DNA of 64,000 bases from Sphaerobacteraceae bacterium (GTDB lineage Bacteria > Chloroflexota > Chloroflexia > Thermomicrobiales > Thermomicrobiaceae). The translations under genes and the position numbers were made by a program. The stretch is from the NCBI GenBank assembly GCA_007695115.1, contig REEK01000116.1, positions 23,944 to 87,943 on the forward strand. The letters run 5' to 3'. Positions 1 to 8,403 of this stretch are shown piece by piece. How positions within the stretch are numbered: position 1 is the stretch's first letter; every line of letters starts with the position of its first letter. The notes beneath the pieces are model-generated. The model was not told the origin of the DNA. It ran no database searches and was given only the letters and a program-made list of their open reading frames with translations.

Positions 1-1
1 A

Positions 2-187
2 TTGACTGATCAGCGGGGTACGTGGATGACGCGTCCGGACGGCGTGGAGGTCACCGCCACGTTTCAGCCGGCGTATGCGATGCGCATGAAATCTCATGAT
101 CCCGATCGTGCGCGGGAGATCGAGTCCCACCTCATTAACGACATTCGGGCGGCAGTTGCCCGATCGAATGCAACGCCGCCCGAATAG
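2..187 (+). CDS. 3' end of an unidentified gene entering from upstream of the window (partial)
   Basis: Frame is open from the window edge to TAG at 185-187. No recognisable motif in the 61 C-terminal residues. Convergent with the next gene. Confidence 0.3.
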   Translation: MTDQRGTWMTRPDGVEVTATFQPAYAMRMKSHDPDRAREIESHLINDIRAAVARSNATPPE

Positions 188-274
188 TCCTCAACAGCCG
201 TGTTTACCGAGTATGCGAGTTTCCGCGTTCAGGTTGTGAGACCGTCCTGCTCGCCAAACGCATACCCGGATTCA

Positions 275-2263
275 CTAGTCCTGAACCGCTCGGAGGTTGT
301 TCAGAACCAGCTGGAACGTCAGGTGCCAGAAGGCGCCATTGACGTAGTTGTTATCCTCTGTCGGCCAGTTGTCCCAGTAGGTCGTGTTCATCGGAATTCG
401 ATGGTAGAACTCGTTGATCATGACTGCTGGCAGTTCTGGCAACCAGATCTCCATCGCTCTGTAGAACTGATCCATCAGGGCGTCGACATCGTCTGGTGAT
501 GTCACTGCCATCTCGTCCACGATCTCGTCGTACTCCTCGTTCAACCAGCGACTGAAGTTCACCTGATGGGCGCCAGGGACCGCAGCGGTCGCGGACTGAT
601 AGAGTCGCAGGGAGTAGTACGGGTCACCACTCACACTGCCGCCGTGGCCATTGAATCCACTTTCGAACTCACCGCGGGAGAGCAGGTCGCCCCAGTCTGG
701 TGGCATTGAGAACTCAGCGTCGATACCGCCGCGTCGCAGTTGCTCACCGACAACAGGCCCGAGGAGCTGTCGCCCTGCAGCACCCATCATCTGCAGCTCG
801 AGTATTTCACCGTCACGTTCCCACCAGCCGTCATCATTCTTCTCGAATCCGGCTTCCATCATGAGCTCGTCAGCACGCTCCGGGTTGTACTCGATCGGGT
901 TCCACTCTTCGAGGAGATCCTCGACGTGGTCAACGAACGGCGTAAGTGCTGGATAAGACGGGATAAACAGCGGGTAGAGACTGCCGGCGCCGCTTTCGGC
1001 GACTTCCACGATCTGCTCGCGATCGAGATAGTAGCTGACCGCCCAGCGCAGGTTAACTTCTTCCCACGGTTCGTATTCGTGGTTGAGGAACAGTCCCATT
1101 GGCCACCAGTCGACATAGCCAAATGGCGCTTCACGCCCGGAGTGCGTGGTGAGCATCGGATTCTGGTCGAGAATCAACTGCATGGTCGCCGGCGTCATGC
1201 CGGACGAGAAGTCGATCTGGTTTGTCAGATGTGCCTGTGCTGTCTGATCTTCACCACCGAATGGCAGATAGATCACGCGCTCGACATCTGGCATCTGATC
1301 GACCAGTCCGTGGTCAACTGCCCACCAGGAGTCGCGACGGTCGATGACCTTCTGCTCAGGTGAGGAGAAGACGACACGCCAGCACGATGTGGTGACGGGT
1401 AGTCCTTCATCCACATCAAACGCCGTATAGACATCCCAGTCTACGCCGTCGAAGATGTGTGCGGGTACGATGTAGACGCCGATATCGAACCGATAGGTGA
1501 GCAAGAAGAAGAAGCGAGGAGACGGCACGACAAAGTCGATAACGACCTCCGTGTCGCTGACCGCTTCTGCCTGTTCAACCACCTGCTGGACATCGACACC
1601 CCAGCGAATCGCGGCACCTTGTTCATTCAGACTGTTGATCGTGAAAGCAACATCATGGGCAGAGAATGGCTCACCATCGCTCCACTCGATGCCTTCTCGG
1701 GTGAAGATACGGAGCTGGGTGAAGTCGTCGTTGTACTCATAGCCCTCGGCCAGCCACAGAATCTCTTCATCGGCGAACGCACTGTAGAAAGCCAGGGGTT
1801 CGTAGAGAATCCCTGAACCGTTCTGATGGTTGCCACCGATTGCATACGGATTCCAGATCTCATGGTCGACGAATCGACCCTCGACACCGGACCAGCGCAA
1901 GATCAGCGATCGGTTTCGTGGAATATCGGCTACACCCTCTACATCGGGAACTTCGACTTCCTCCACGTCATCGACTTCGATTGCCTCTTCGTCGTCACTG
2001 TCGTCGTCGCTATCGTCGGTCTCTTCTACGTCTTCGTCATCGTCTTCGTCATCGTCATCTGGCTCCGCGACGTCGTCGTCGCTGTCGTCGGTCTCTTCAG
2101 CACCGACATCCGGATCATCATCTTCGCCGCATGCCGCGAGCAAGGTCCCCAGTGCTGGCACTGACAGACCAAGTAGCGTTGCGCGCTTGATGAAATCTCG
2201 TCGTCCGACTCGTCCATCAAGCGCAGCGGAAAATGCAGCGTCGATGTCACGCTGATCCTTCAT
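275..2263 (-). CDS. ABC-transporter solute-binding protein, family 5 (peptide/nickel/oligosaccharide type), Tat-exported lipoprotein
   Basis: 662-aa ORF. N-terminus has the twin-arginine motif GRRDFIKRA followed by lipobox LLAAC. A ~70-aa D/E-rich linker follows, then a large body that looks like an SBP_bac_5-type binding protein. No permease or ATPase genes are adjacent (orphan SBP). Confidence 0.8.
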   Translation of the reverse strand: MKDQRDIDAAFSAALDGRVGRRDFIKRATLLGLSVPALGTLLAACGEDDDPDVGAEETDDSDDDVAEPDDDDEDDDEDVEETDDSDDDSDDEEAIEVDDVEEVEVPDVEGVADIPRNRSLILRWSGVEGRFVDHEIWNPYAIGGNHQNGSGILYEPLAFYSAFADEEILWLAEGYEYNDDFTQLRIFTREGIEWSDGEPFSAHDVAFTINSLNEQGAAIRWGVDVQQVVEQAEAVSDTEVVIDFVVPSPRFFFLLTYRFDIGVYIVPAHIFDGVDWDVYTAFDVDEGLPVTTSCWRVVFSSPEQKVIDRRDSWWAVDHGLVDQMPDVERVIYLPFGGEDQTAQAHLTNQIDFSSGMTPATMQLILDQNPMLTTHSGREAPFGYVDWWPMGLFLNHEYEPWEEVNLRWAVSYYLDREQIVEVAESGAGSLYPLFIPSYPALTPFVDHVEDLLEEWNPIEYNPERADELMMEAGFEKNDDGWWERDGEILELQMMGAAGRQLLGPVVGEQLRRGGIDAEFSMPPDWGDLLSRGEFESGFNGHGGSVSGDPYYSLRLYQSATAAVPGAHQVNFSRWLNEEYDEIVDEMAVTSPDDVDALMDQFYRAMEIWLPELPAVMINEFYHRIPMNTTYWDNWPTEDNNYVNGAFWHLTFQLVLNNLRAVQD
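2000..2098. repeat. Pair of 27-nt direct repeats (1 mismatch) inside the acidic-linker coding region of the SBP gene
   Basis: gtcgtcgtcgctatcgtcggtctcttc at 2000-2026 and gtcgtcgtcgctgtcgtcggtctcttc at 2072-2098. Each encodes EETDDSDDD on the minus strand. Surrounding DNA is low-complexity GTC/GTCATC repeats. Confidence 0.9.
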
Positions 2264-2525
2264 GAGCGTCCTCCTGACACATTTCGTTGTACCGATAAAT
2301 CCCGGTGATTGGTGACAGCCTAAGCGATATCTCGGCGAAAGTCAATGTTTGTTTCACAGGCTCATGTACAGCGTATGTCGATTGTGATTGTGAGAAAATG
2401 CACACGTTCATGGATTGCCCACGACGGACAACCGCTGGTCAGGCAAGGGTGTTTGCGAGACGTTGCTGGGAAGGGGATGAGGCGGGCAACAACCGTTGCC
2501 CGCGAAGCCTAATCGATGATGGCGC

Positions 2526-4055
2526 TCAGGAGGATATGTGCGGTTCGAGCGCGTCGGCGAGGCCGAGCCCGGAGGTCTTGGTCCGCAGGTGAGGGAAGAG
2601 GATCACTTCACGGATGTTCTGCTGATCGGTGAACAGCATGACCAGGCGGTCAACGCCGAGGCCGAAACCGCCCGTCGGCGGCATCCCGTGCATCAAGGCG
2701 TTGACATAATCTTCATCGATCGGCATGGCGTCTTCATCGCCAGCTTCTCGATCCCGGACTTGCTCAAGGAACCGGGATAGCTGATCGAGCGGGTCGTTGA
2801 GTTCCGTGAACGCATTGCCCGCTTCGACGCCGGCGATAAATGGCTGGAATCGCTCGACGACGTCGGGGTTTTCCGGACTTCGCTTGGCCAGTGGCGAGAG
2901 GGCGACCGGATAATCGATCAGAAACGTTGGCTGGATGAGATTGGGGCGGACGAACGTCTTCATCAATTCGTCCACGATTCTCGGCCAGACGTCAGCTGGC
3001 TGGACATCGGCTCCCAGGCGCTTCGCTTCCTCGTAGAGCTCTTTCTGATCGCGAACCTCGAGGTAGTCGATTCCGGTGGCGTCCAGGAGAGCCTGACGAA
3101 GGGTCACCCGCGGCCATGGCGGCGTCAGATCGATCTCGTGCCCGGCATAGGTGAACGACGTCGTTCCGAGCGCTTCCTGCGCACAGTGAACGATCATCTG
3201 TTCCGTGAGTTCCATGACGTCGTTGTAATCAGCGTAAGCGATGTAGAACTCGATCATGGTGAATTCGGGTGAGTGCCGGCCGTCGATTCCTTCGTTCCGG
3301 AAATCTTTGCAGATCTCATAGACGCGCTCGAAGCCTCCGACGATCAGTCGCTTGAGGTACAGCTCGTCGGCGATTCGCAGATAGAACGTCTGGTCCAGAG
3401 TGTGATAATGCGACGTGAACGGGCGAGCCGCTGCACCCCCGTAGAGTGGCTGCAGGGTAGGAGTCTCGACCTCCATGAATCCGCGCGAATCGAGGAAACT
3501 CCGCATTGCGCGCACGACTTTTGTGCGCTTGATGAAGATATCTCTGACCTCCTCGTTCGAGATCAGGTCGGCATATCGCTGCCGATAGCGCGTCTCGACA
3601 TCGCTCAGCCCATGCCACTTTTCCGGAGGCGGAGTCAGCGCTTTTGAGAGGAGTTTGACTTCGCTGGCCTGAACAGTGATTTCGCCCATTCTCGTGCGGA
3701 ACAGGTGACCAGTCGCCTCGACGAAATCGCCCATGTCGATCATTCGCTTGAACCAGGTATGCGCTTCTTCGCCGAGATCGTTCCGGCGCAGGAACAACTG
3801 GATCGAACCACTTCCGTCCTGAAGTGTGCAGAAGATCGATCGACCCATGTCTCGGATGGTCATGATGCGTCCGGCTACGGTGACCGGTTCGCTGTCGTGT
3901 TCCCCGCCGAGACCGTCTTCAACACTGGCAAACCGGTCCAGCGCTTCCTGAGCTGTATGAGTCCGGTGGGATCGGGGTGGATAAGGATCGATTCCCTGAC
4001 TACGGAGCTCGCGGAGTTTCTCTAATCGACGTTCCTGATGTTCGCTTAGCGCCAT
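2526..4055 (-). CDS. lysS: Lysine--tRNA ligase (class II)
   Basis: 509 aa. N-terminus MALSEHQERRLEKLRELRSQGIDPYP is typical of LysS. Class II core motifs are present (FRNEGID; GGFGLGVDRLVM). Confidence 0.95.
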   Translation of the reverse strand: MALSEHQERRLEKLRELRSQGIDPYPPRSHRTHTAQEALDRFASVEDGLGGEHDSEPVTVAGRIMTIRDMGRSIFCTLQDGSGSIQLFLRRNDLGEEAHTWFKRMIDMGDFVEATGHLFRTRMGEITVQASEVKLLSKALTPPPEKWHGLSDVETRYRQRYADLISNEEVRDIFIKRTKVVRAMRSFLDSRGFMEVETPTLQPLYGGAAARPFTSHYHTLDQTFYLRIADELYLKRLIVGGFERVYEICKDFRNEGIDGRHSPEFTMIEFYIAYADYNDVMELTEQMIVHCAQEALGTTSFTYAGHEIDLTPPWPRVTLRQALLDATGIDYLEVRDQKELYEEAKRLGADVQPADVWPRIVDELMKTFVRPNLIQPTFLIDYPVALSPLAKRSPENPDVVERFQPFIAGVEAGNAFTELNDPLDQLSRFLEQVRDREAGDEDAMPIDEDYVNALMHGMPPTGGFGLGVDRLVMLFTDQQNIREVILFPHLRTKTSGLGLADALEPHISS

Positions 4056-4114
4056 TGCTTTCGCTCTGGTTCCCCTTCATCATGCGTCAGCCATGCTGAT
4101 CAGTCGTGAGACAC

Positions 4115-4150
4115 AAAAAAGCCGCGAGTCGTTAGCCAACGACCCGCGGC
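4115..4150 (-). terminator. Rho-independent terminator downstream of greA
   Basis: Minus strand reads GCCGCGGGTCGTT-GGCT-AACGACTCGCGGC, a 13-bp stem with one G-U pair, followed by TTTTTTG. It starts 23 nt after the greA stop and ends about 59 nt before the lysS ATG. Confidence 0.75.
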
Positions 4151-4172
4151 AAACCTACTCTTTGCGAGTCGA

Positions 4173-4643
4173 TTACTCAACCTTTTCAATCGTAAAGGTG
4201 GTATCGCCGCCGGGTGCGCTAACGACGACAGATTCGCCGACGCGTTTACCGATCACCGCGGCCCCGACTGGGGATTCGGTGGAAATCGTGCCCTGGAGCG
4301 TGTTCGCTTCCTGAGGGCTGACCAGGACCCACGTATCGGTTTCGTCGAATTCATCGCGCAGGGTGACGGTAGAACCGAACTGAACAACGTCAGACGTTTC
4401 GTCGTACTCAACGACTTTCGCGCGACGCAGGATATGTTCTATCTCGCGGATACGAGCCTCGATAATGACAAGCTCTTCCTTGGTCTCCTCATACTCGCTG
4501 TTATCGGAGACATCACCGTCAGAAGTCAGCTCCTGAATGCGGCGGGCCACAGACGGATGCTTCTCGGTGCGGAGCTGCTCGAGCTCCTTTTCAAGGCCGG
4601 TCTTGCCCTGCGCTGTCAGCATCACAGGACTATCGGAAGCCAT
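4173..4643 (-). CDS. greA: Transcription elongation factor GreA
   Basis: 156 aa. N-terminal coiled-coil (GLEKELEQLR...) with acidic tip (DVSDNSEYEE) and a C-terminal FKBP-like domain, as in GreA. Confidence 0.93.
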   Translation of the reverse strand: MASDSPVMLTAQGKTGLEKELEQLRTEKHPSVARRIQELTSDGDVSDNSEYEETKEELVIIEARIREIEHILRRAKVVEYDETSDVVQFGSTVTLRDEFDETDTWVLVSPQEANTLQGTISTESPVGAAVIGKRVGESVVVSAPGGDTTFTIEKVE

Positions 4644-4790
4644 AGGTTACCCTTCTTTCGACCAGCAACGTCGAACACAGTACTAAAGAAACATCCCCGG
4701 CCAGACCTCGATCTCGAGGTTGCCGCGGATGGTTACTGCTAATGGTTTGCTGGTTCGGCGCAAATGCGTCGTTGACTGTGAACGGATACT

Positions 4791-4815
4791 AAAAACCGAG
4801 GAACAAAGCCCTCGG
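4791..4815 (-). terminator. Rho-independent terminator downstream of tRNA-Val
   Basis: Minus strand reads CCGAGG-GCTTTGTT-CCTCGG followed by TTTTTA. Confidence 0.6.
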
Positions 4816-4903
4816 AGTCACGTGAGAGTACGCTGCACAGAGTATAGCCGAACTCAGCGCAAGCTGCAACAGCATGCGCAATGGCAGTGGTTTCGGTAAC
4901 GAG

Positions 4904-4980
<77 letters not shown>

Positions 4981-5004
4981 GCAGCCGTCTCGATTACCTG
5001 AACG

Positions 5005-5033
5005 AGTATAGCGTTTGCTGTTGCTCACGGCAA
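5005..5033 (-). promoter_or_regulatory. Candidate sigma-70 promoter for tRNA-Val
   Basis: Minus strand reads TTGCCG - 17 nt - TATACT, about 25 nt upstream of the tRNA 5' end and immediately after the stop of the peptidase gene. Confidence 0.45.
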
Positions 5034-5036
5034 TGA

Positions 5037-6776
5037 TCAGGCGTCATCTTCCATGAGAAAGATCGATGTCGCCTGTGCCAGCAGGTTCGTAGATTCGATC
5101 AGCGCCTGCTCGAGACGATTTCTCTCCCGTCGCAGTTTTGTCAGCCACGGGTAATAGGCATCGGGAATCGATCGTCGTTCCGGGAGTTGACGCATCGGTT
5201 GAAGGCCAGGAAGCGGCTCACCGGGTATCGCCGGATCTTGCTCGAATTCTCCGGATACGGTGTAGTTGACGGGGATCAGTATCCGGCTTACTCCCGTGAC
5301 ACACCCGTTGTACAGGGCGATCTCTTCATCGGCAGCTTCTTCCGAGAGTTCAATGCTCCGAAAGATCGTTCCGAGTTCCTCCAGATTCCGGGAAAGTTCG
5401 ATCAGTCTCGTCAGGTCTAGGTCCTGTCCAGCGACGCGCTGGAGGTCTTCGAGCGTTGCACGAATCTCTCTGGCGACGCCTGCCTGATCGAAATCGATCT
5501 TCGGTTCAGTGCACAGGGCATGAACGGTTGCAAAGAGAATCTTCGCGTCGCGAACCAGAAATTCCGGATCGAGCTTGTCCATGGTGTCGTCAGCGGTGTG
5601 CCACCACCATCCGAGTCCACCACCCCGCCCTAGCAGCGCTCCGACGCCAGTTGGCGTTGGCTCTGGCGGTTGCTGTGAGATCGAGCAATAGAACGATGGA
5701 ACTCCGACTCCCCAGAACGACTGATCGCCAAGTCGCCCGATTCGATCATAGTTGAGGTCGGTATCGGCGACGTAGCGGAAAACATCCTCGGCGAACCGAT
5801 GGGTTTCGGCCATCGTGCTGGCCCCGGAGAGGTCGGTTGCTCCCATTCCGCCCGGAGAGTCGATGTTCACGTGGGCGATGCAGTAGTGATGGATAAATGA
5901 CCAGTATTCGTCGGCATACCAAGTAGATGTTGCGTACCTGGCGTGGGAGTGGCCGGACCAGAACGCCAGCCGCAGCCCGTGGTGCATTTCTGCCTGGCAC
6001 TCCTTCATCAATCTGGCAACTTCCAGCATTGATGCGTTGGCACTTCCGTTATCCATCGCGCCGAAATACCAGGAGTCGACGTGGCCGCTCAGCAACACGT
6101 GTCGCAACATCTCGTCGAATCCCGGCGAGTCCGCCAGCAACACAGGAAGTGGCTTCCAGCTGGTTTCGACTGTGGCCGAAAGACGTACTTTGCATCGGCC
6201 GGCTTCCAGATGCTCCCGCAGACGCGCTGCTCCATCCTTGTCGACAGAGAGATGCGGAATGGTTGGCAGCAGTTGCATGCTGCTCGGTGTCGGGCTGCCC
6301 CAGACCGGCGATATCGTCATTTCGTGGATCTGGTCGCCACTGTTGTGAATCACTGCAGCGGCGCCGAACGATTCCGCTGGCGCCACCGAGTTTGGCGTGG
6401 CAAGCCCGTCCATCAGGACGGCTTTGCCCAATGCTTCGGCTCTGGCGAAATCGGAATTGGATCCGGATCCGGCGTCGGTCAGATCGAGTTCGATGCCGTC
6501 CGCCGGGGTGGACACGCCGAAAGAGTGGGTGATGCAACGAATCGGATCCGGATCCCCGACGATCTCCAGGCTTGCAGCTCCCGGCAGACTGACAAGGCAA
6601 ACCGGATCGTGGCGTTGACAAGTGAACCCTAAGTCCTTCAGGACTGATTCGATGTAGTCGAATGCCTGTCGCTCTCCGTCCGAACCCGAAAGACGTTCCC
6701 ACTGGGCGATCGTCGCCGCGGTGGTCATCAATCGATCAGCGTCGACCTTCTTAATGAGATCATCGATCCGGTTCAC
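5037..6776 (-). CDS. M28-family metallopeptidase (aminopeptidase-like, with PA-type insert)
   Basis: 579 aa. Metal-ligand blocks typical of M28 are present (LSGHVDSWYFGAMDNGSANASMLE; FWSGHSHARYATSTWY; HVNIDSPG). Confidence 0.8.
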   Translation of the reverse strand: MNRIDDLIKKVDADRLMTTAATIAQWERLSGSDGERQAFDYIESVLKDLGFTCQRHDPVCLVSLPGAASLEIVGDPDPIRCITHSFGVSTPADGIELDLTDAGSGSNSDFARAEALGKAVLMDGLATPNSVAPAESFGAAAVIHNSGDQIHEMTISPVWGSPTPSSMQLLPTIPHLSVDKDGAARLREHLEAGRCKVRLSATVETSWKPLPVLLADSPGFDEMLRHVLLSGHVDSWYFGAMDNGSANASMLEVARLMKECQAEMHHGLRLAFWSGHSHARYATSTWYADEYWSFIHHYCIAHVNIDSPGGMGATDLSGASTMAETHRFAEDVFRYVADTDLNYDRIGRLGDQSFWGVGVPSFYCSISQQPPEPTPTGVGALLGRGGGLGWWWHTADDTMDKLDPEFLVRDAKILFATVHALCTEPKIDFDQAGVAREIRATLEDLQRVAGQDLDLTRLIELSRNLEELGTIFRSIELSEEAADEEIALYNGCVTGVSRILIPVNYTVSGEFEQDPAIPGEPLPGLQPMRQLPERRSIPDAYYPWLTKLRRERNRLEQALIESTNLLAQATSIFLMEDDA

Positions 6777-6802
6777 CGTGTCATCTCCTCATTGCGAGCG
6801 AA

Positions 6803-7186
6803 TTAGCCGAGCTCGGCGACGCATTCGACTTCGACAATCGCTCCTGCTGGCAGCCGGGAAACCTGAATCGTGCTCCGCGCCGGTTGGGCGTCGCCGAAAT
6901 AGCGTGCGTAGATTTCGTTGAATGTCTGAAAGTCATCAAGGTTCGTCAGGAAGCAGGTGGTCTTGATCACTTTGTCGATCGATGAGCCAGATGCTTCCAG
7001 CAAGTTGCTGAGGTTCGTGAGAACCTGCTCAGCCTGAACCGTGATGTCACCTTCGACGAGCTTTCCCGAGGCCGGTTCGAGCGGAATCTGACCAGAGGTA
7101 AAGAGCATGTTGCCGAACTTCACTGCCTGTGAGTACGGGCCAATTGCTGCCGGGGCCTTATCAGTGGTAACGATTTCCTTTGGCAT
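6803..7186 (-). CDS. ridA: RidA/YjgF-family reactive-intermediate deaminase
   Basis: 127 aa. KAPAAIGPYSQAV...FTSGQIP...VEVECVA is the classic YjgF/L-PSP pattern. Confidence 0.92.
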   Translation of the reverse strand: MPKEIVTTDKAPAAIGPYSQAVKFGNMLFTSGQIPLEPASGKLVEGDITVQAEQVLTNLSNLLEASGSSIDKVIKTTCFLTNLDDFQTFNEIYARYFGDAQPARSTIQVSRLPAGAIVEVECVAELG

Positions 7187-7308
7187 ATCTTCGCGTCCCT
7201 TTCTCTACCGTTCATTGGTAATTCGCGGGTACACTCCTCCGAGTGTGCGGAATGACTCTAGCACCGGTTGAGCGGGTGGGTCAATTGAAAGGGGTGTTGG
7301 AGCAATGA

Positions 7309-8379
7309 TTGGCGGCAGGGTGGTCAGGAGTGTCAGTTAGCCTCATCATCGTCAGCTTCAATGGGCGATCACTCCTGCGCGATTGCCTGGAATCTCTCGA
7401 GGCGCAGATTCGTCGCCCGGACGAAGTGATAGTGGTCGACAACGGTTCCTCTGACCAATCCGTGAGTATGGTCCGGGATGAATTTCCGTGGGTTCGTCTG
7501 ATCGAGGCTGGCGAGAACCTCGGCTTCGCGGCCGGCAACAATCTCGGAATACGGGCCGCAACCGGCGAGATCATCATCCTTCTCAATAACGACACAATCC
7601 CGGCTCCGGGATTCGTCGAATCAATCCTGGCTCCCCTTGACGAAGATCAGGACCTGTCTGCCGTATCAGGGGTGATGCTATTTGTGAATCAGCCGGAGAT
7701 AGTCGCCACCAGCGGTATCCAGGTTTTCAGCAATGGCCTCGCGCTCGACCGGGACGCGGGATCTCCCTGGAGATCGATGAGCGGAAACCGCCCGGTGTTC
7801 GGCCCGTCCGGCGGAGCGATGGCGATCCGACGTTCGGCGCTGGATGATGTCGATCTCTTTCCAGAGCCATTCTTTCTGTATCTTGAAGATGTCGACCTCG
7901 CGTGGCGAATGCGTTTGCGCAATCATCACACAGTGTCCAGTCCCGCGGCGTGGGTTTTGCATCACTATTCGGCGAGTTCGATCGAGGGTTCGGCGTTCAA
8001 GGATTACTTTCTGGCGCGTAACCGATTCTGGGTATTGCTTCGATGCTGGCCCCGCTCGTTCTGGATCAGATTCGGATTCGAAGTTGTTGTCTACGAGCTA
8101 GGCGCATTGATTTATGCGATTGCCACCGGCCGCTGGGGTTCGGTTCGCGGGCGCATTGCCGGATGGCAGGGCGTAAGTCGCCTCTCACGCGTTCGTCAGC
8201 GAATCAGGCACCGGACAACATCATCCGAGGTTGACTTGTTATACTGGATATGTTCGGCACTGTCCGTTCGCAACTATCTGAGCTTTCGGAAGCGACTCTC
8301 GTTGCTTGCCGGAGGTGGCCACTCGAACGAGCAATCTCTCAACGAACGCAGTGCTGGCCCGGACGTACATTCTCGCTAA
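7309..8379 (+). CDS. Family 2 glycosyltransferase
   Basis: 356 aa. VSLIIVSFNG, VVDNGSSD and LLNNDT blocks are typical of the GT2 (GT-A fold) N-terminal domain. The start codon is uncertain (TTG 7309 or GTG 7330). Confidence 0.85.
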   Translation: MAAGWSGVSVSLIIVSFNGRSLLRDCLESLEAQIRRPDEVIVVDNGSSDQSVSMVRDEFPWVRLIEAGENLGFAAGNNLGIRAATGEIIILLNNDTIPAPGFVESILAPLDEDQDLSAVSGVMLFVNQPEIVATSGIQVFSNGLALDRDAGSPWRSMSGNRPVFGPSGGAMAIRRSALDDVDLFPEPFFLYLEDVDLAWRMRLRNHHTVSSPAAWVLHHYSASSIEGSAFKDYFLARNRFWVLLRCWPRSFWIRFGFEVVVYELGALIYAIATGRWGSVRGRIAGWQGVSRLSRVRQRIRHRTTSSEVDLLYWICSALSVRNYLSFRKRLSLLAGGGHSNEQSLNERSAGPDVHSR

Positions 8380-8403
8380 CAGACTTCTGAAAGGGACCAC
8401 ACC

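Noticed and set aside
2482-2503. Hairpin GCGGGCAAC-AACC-GTTGCCCGC after lysS as a terminator
   Set aside because: The stem is good, but neither strand has a U-tract. It was not called as a feature.
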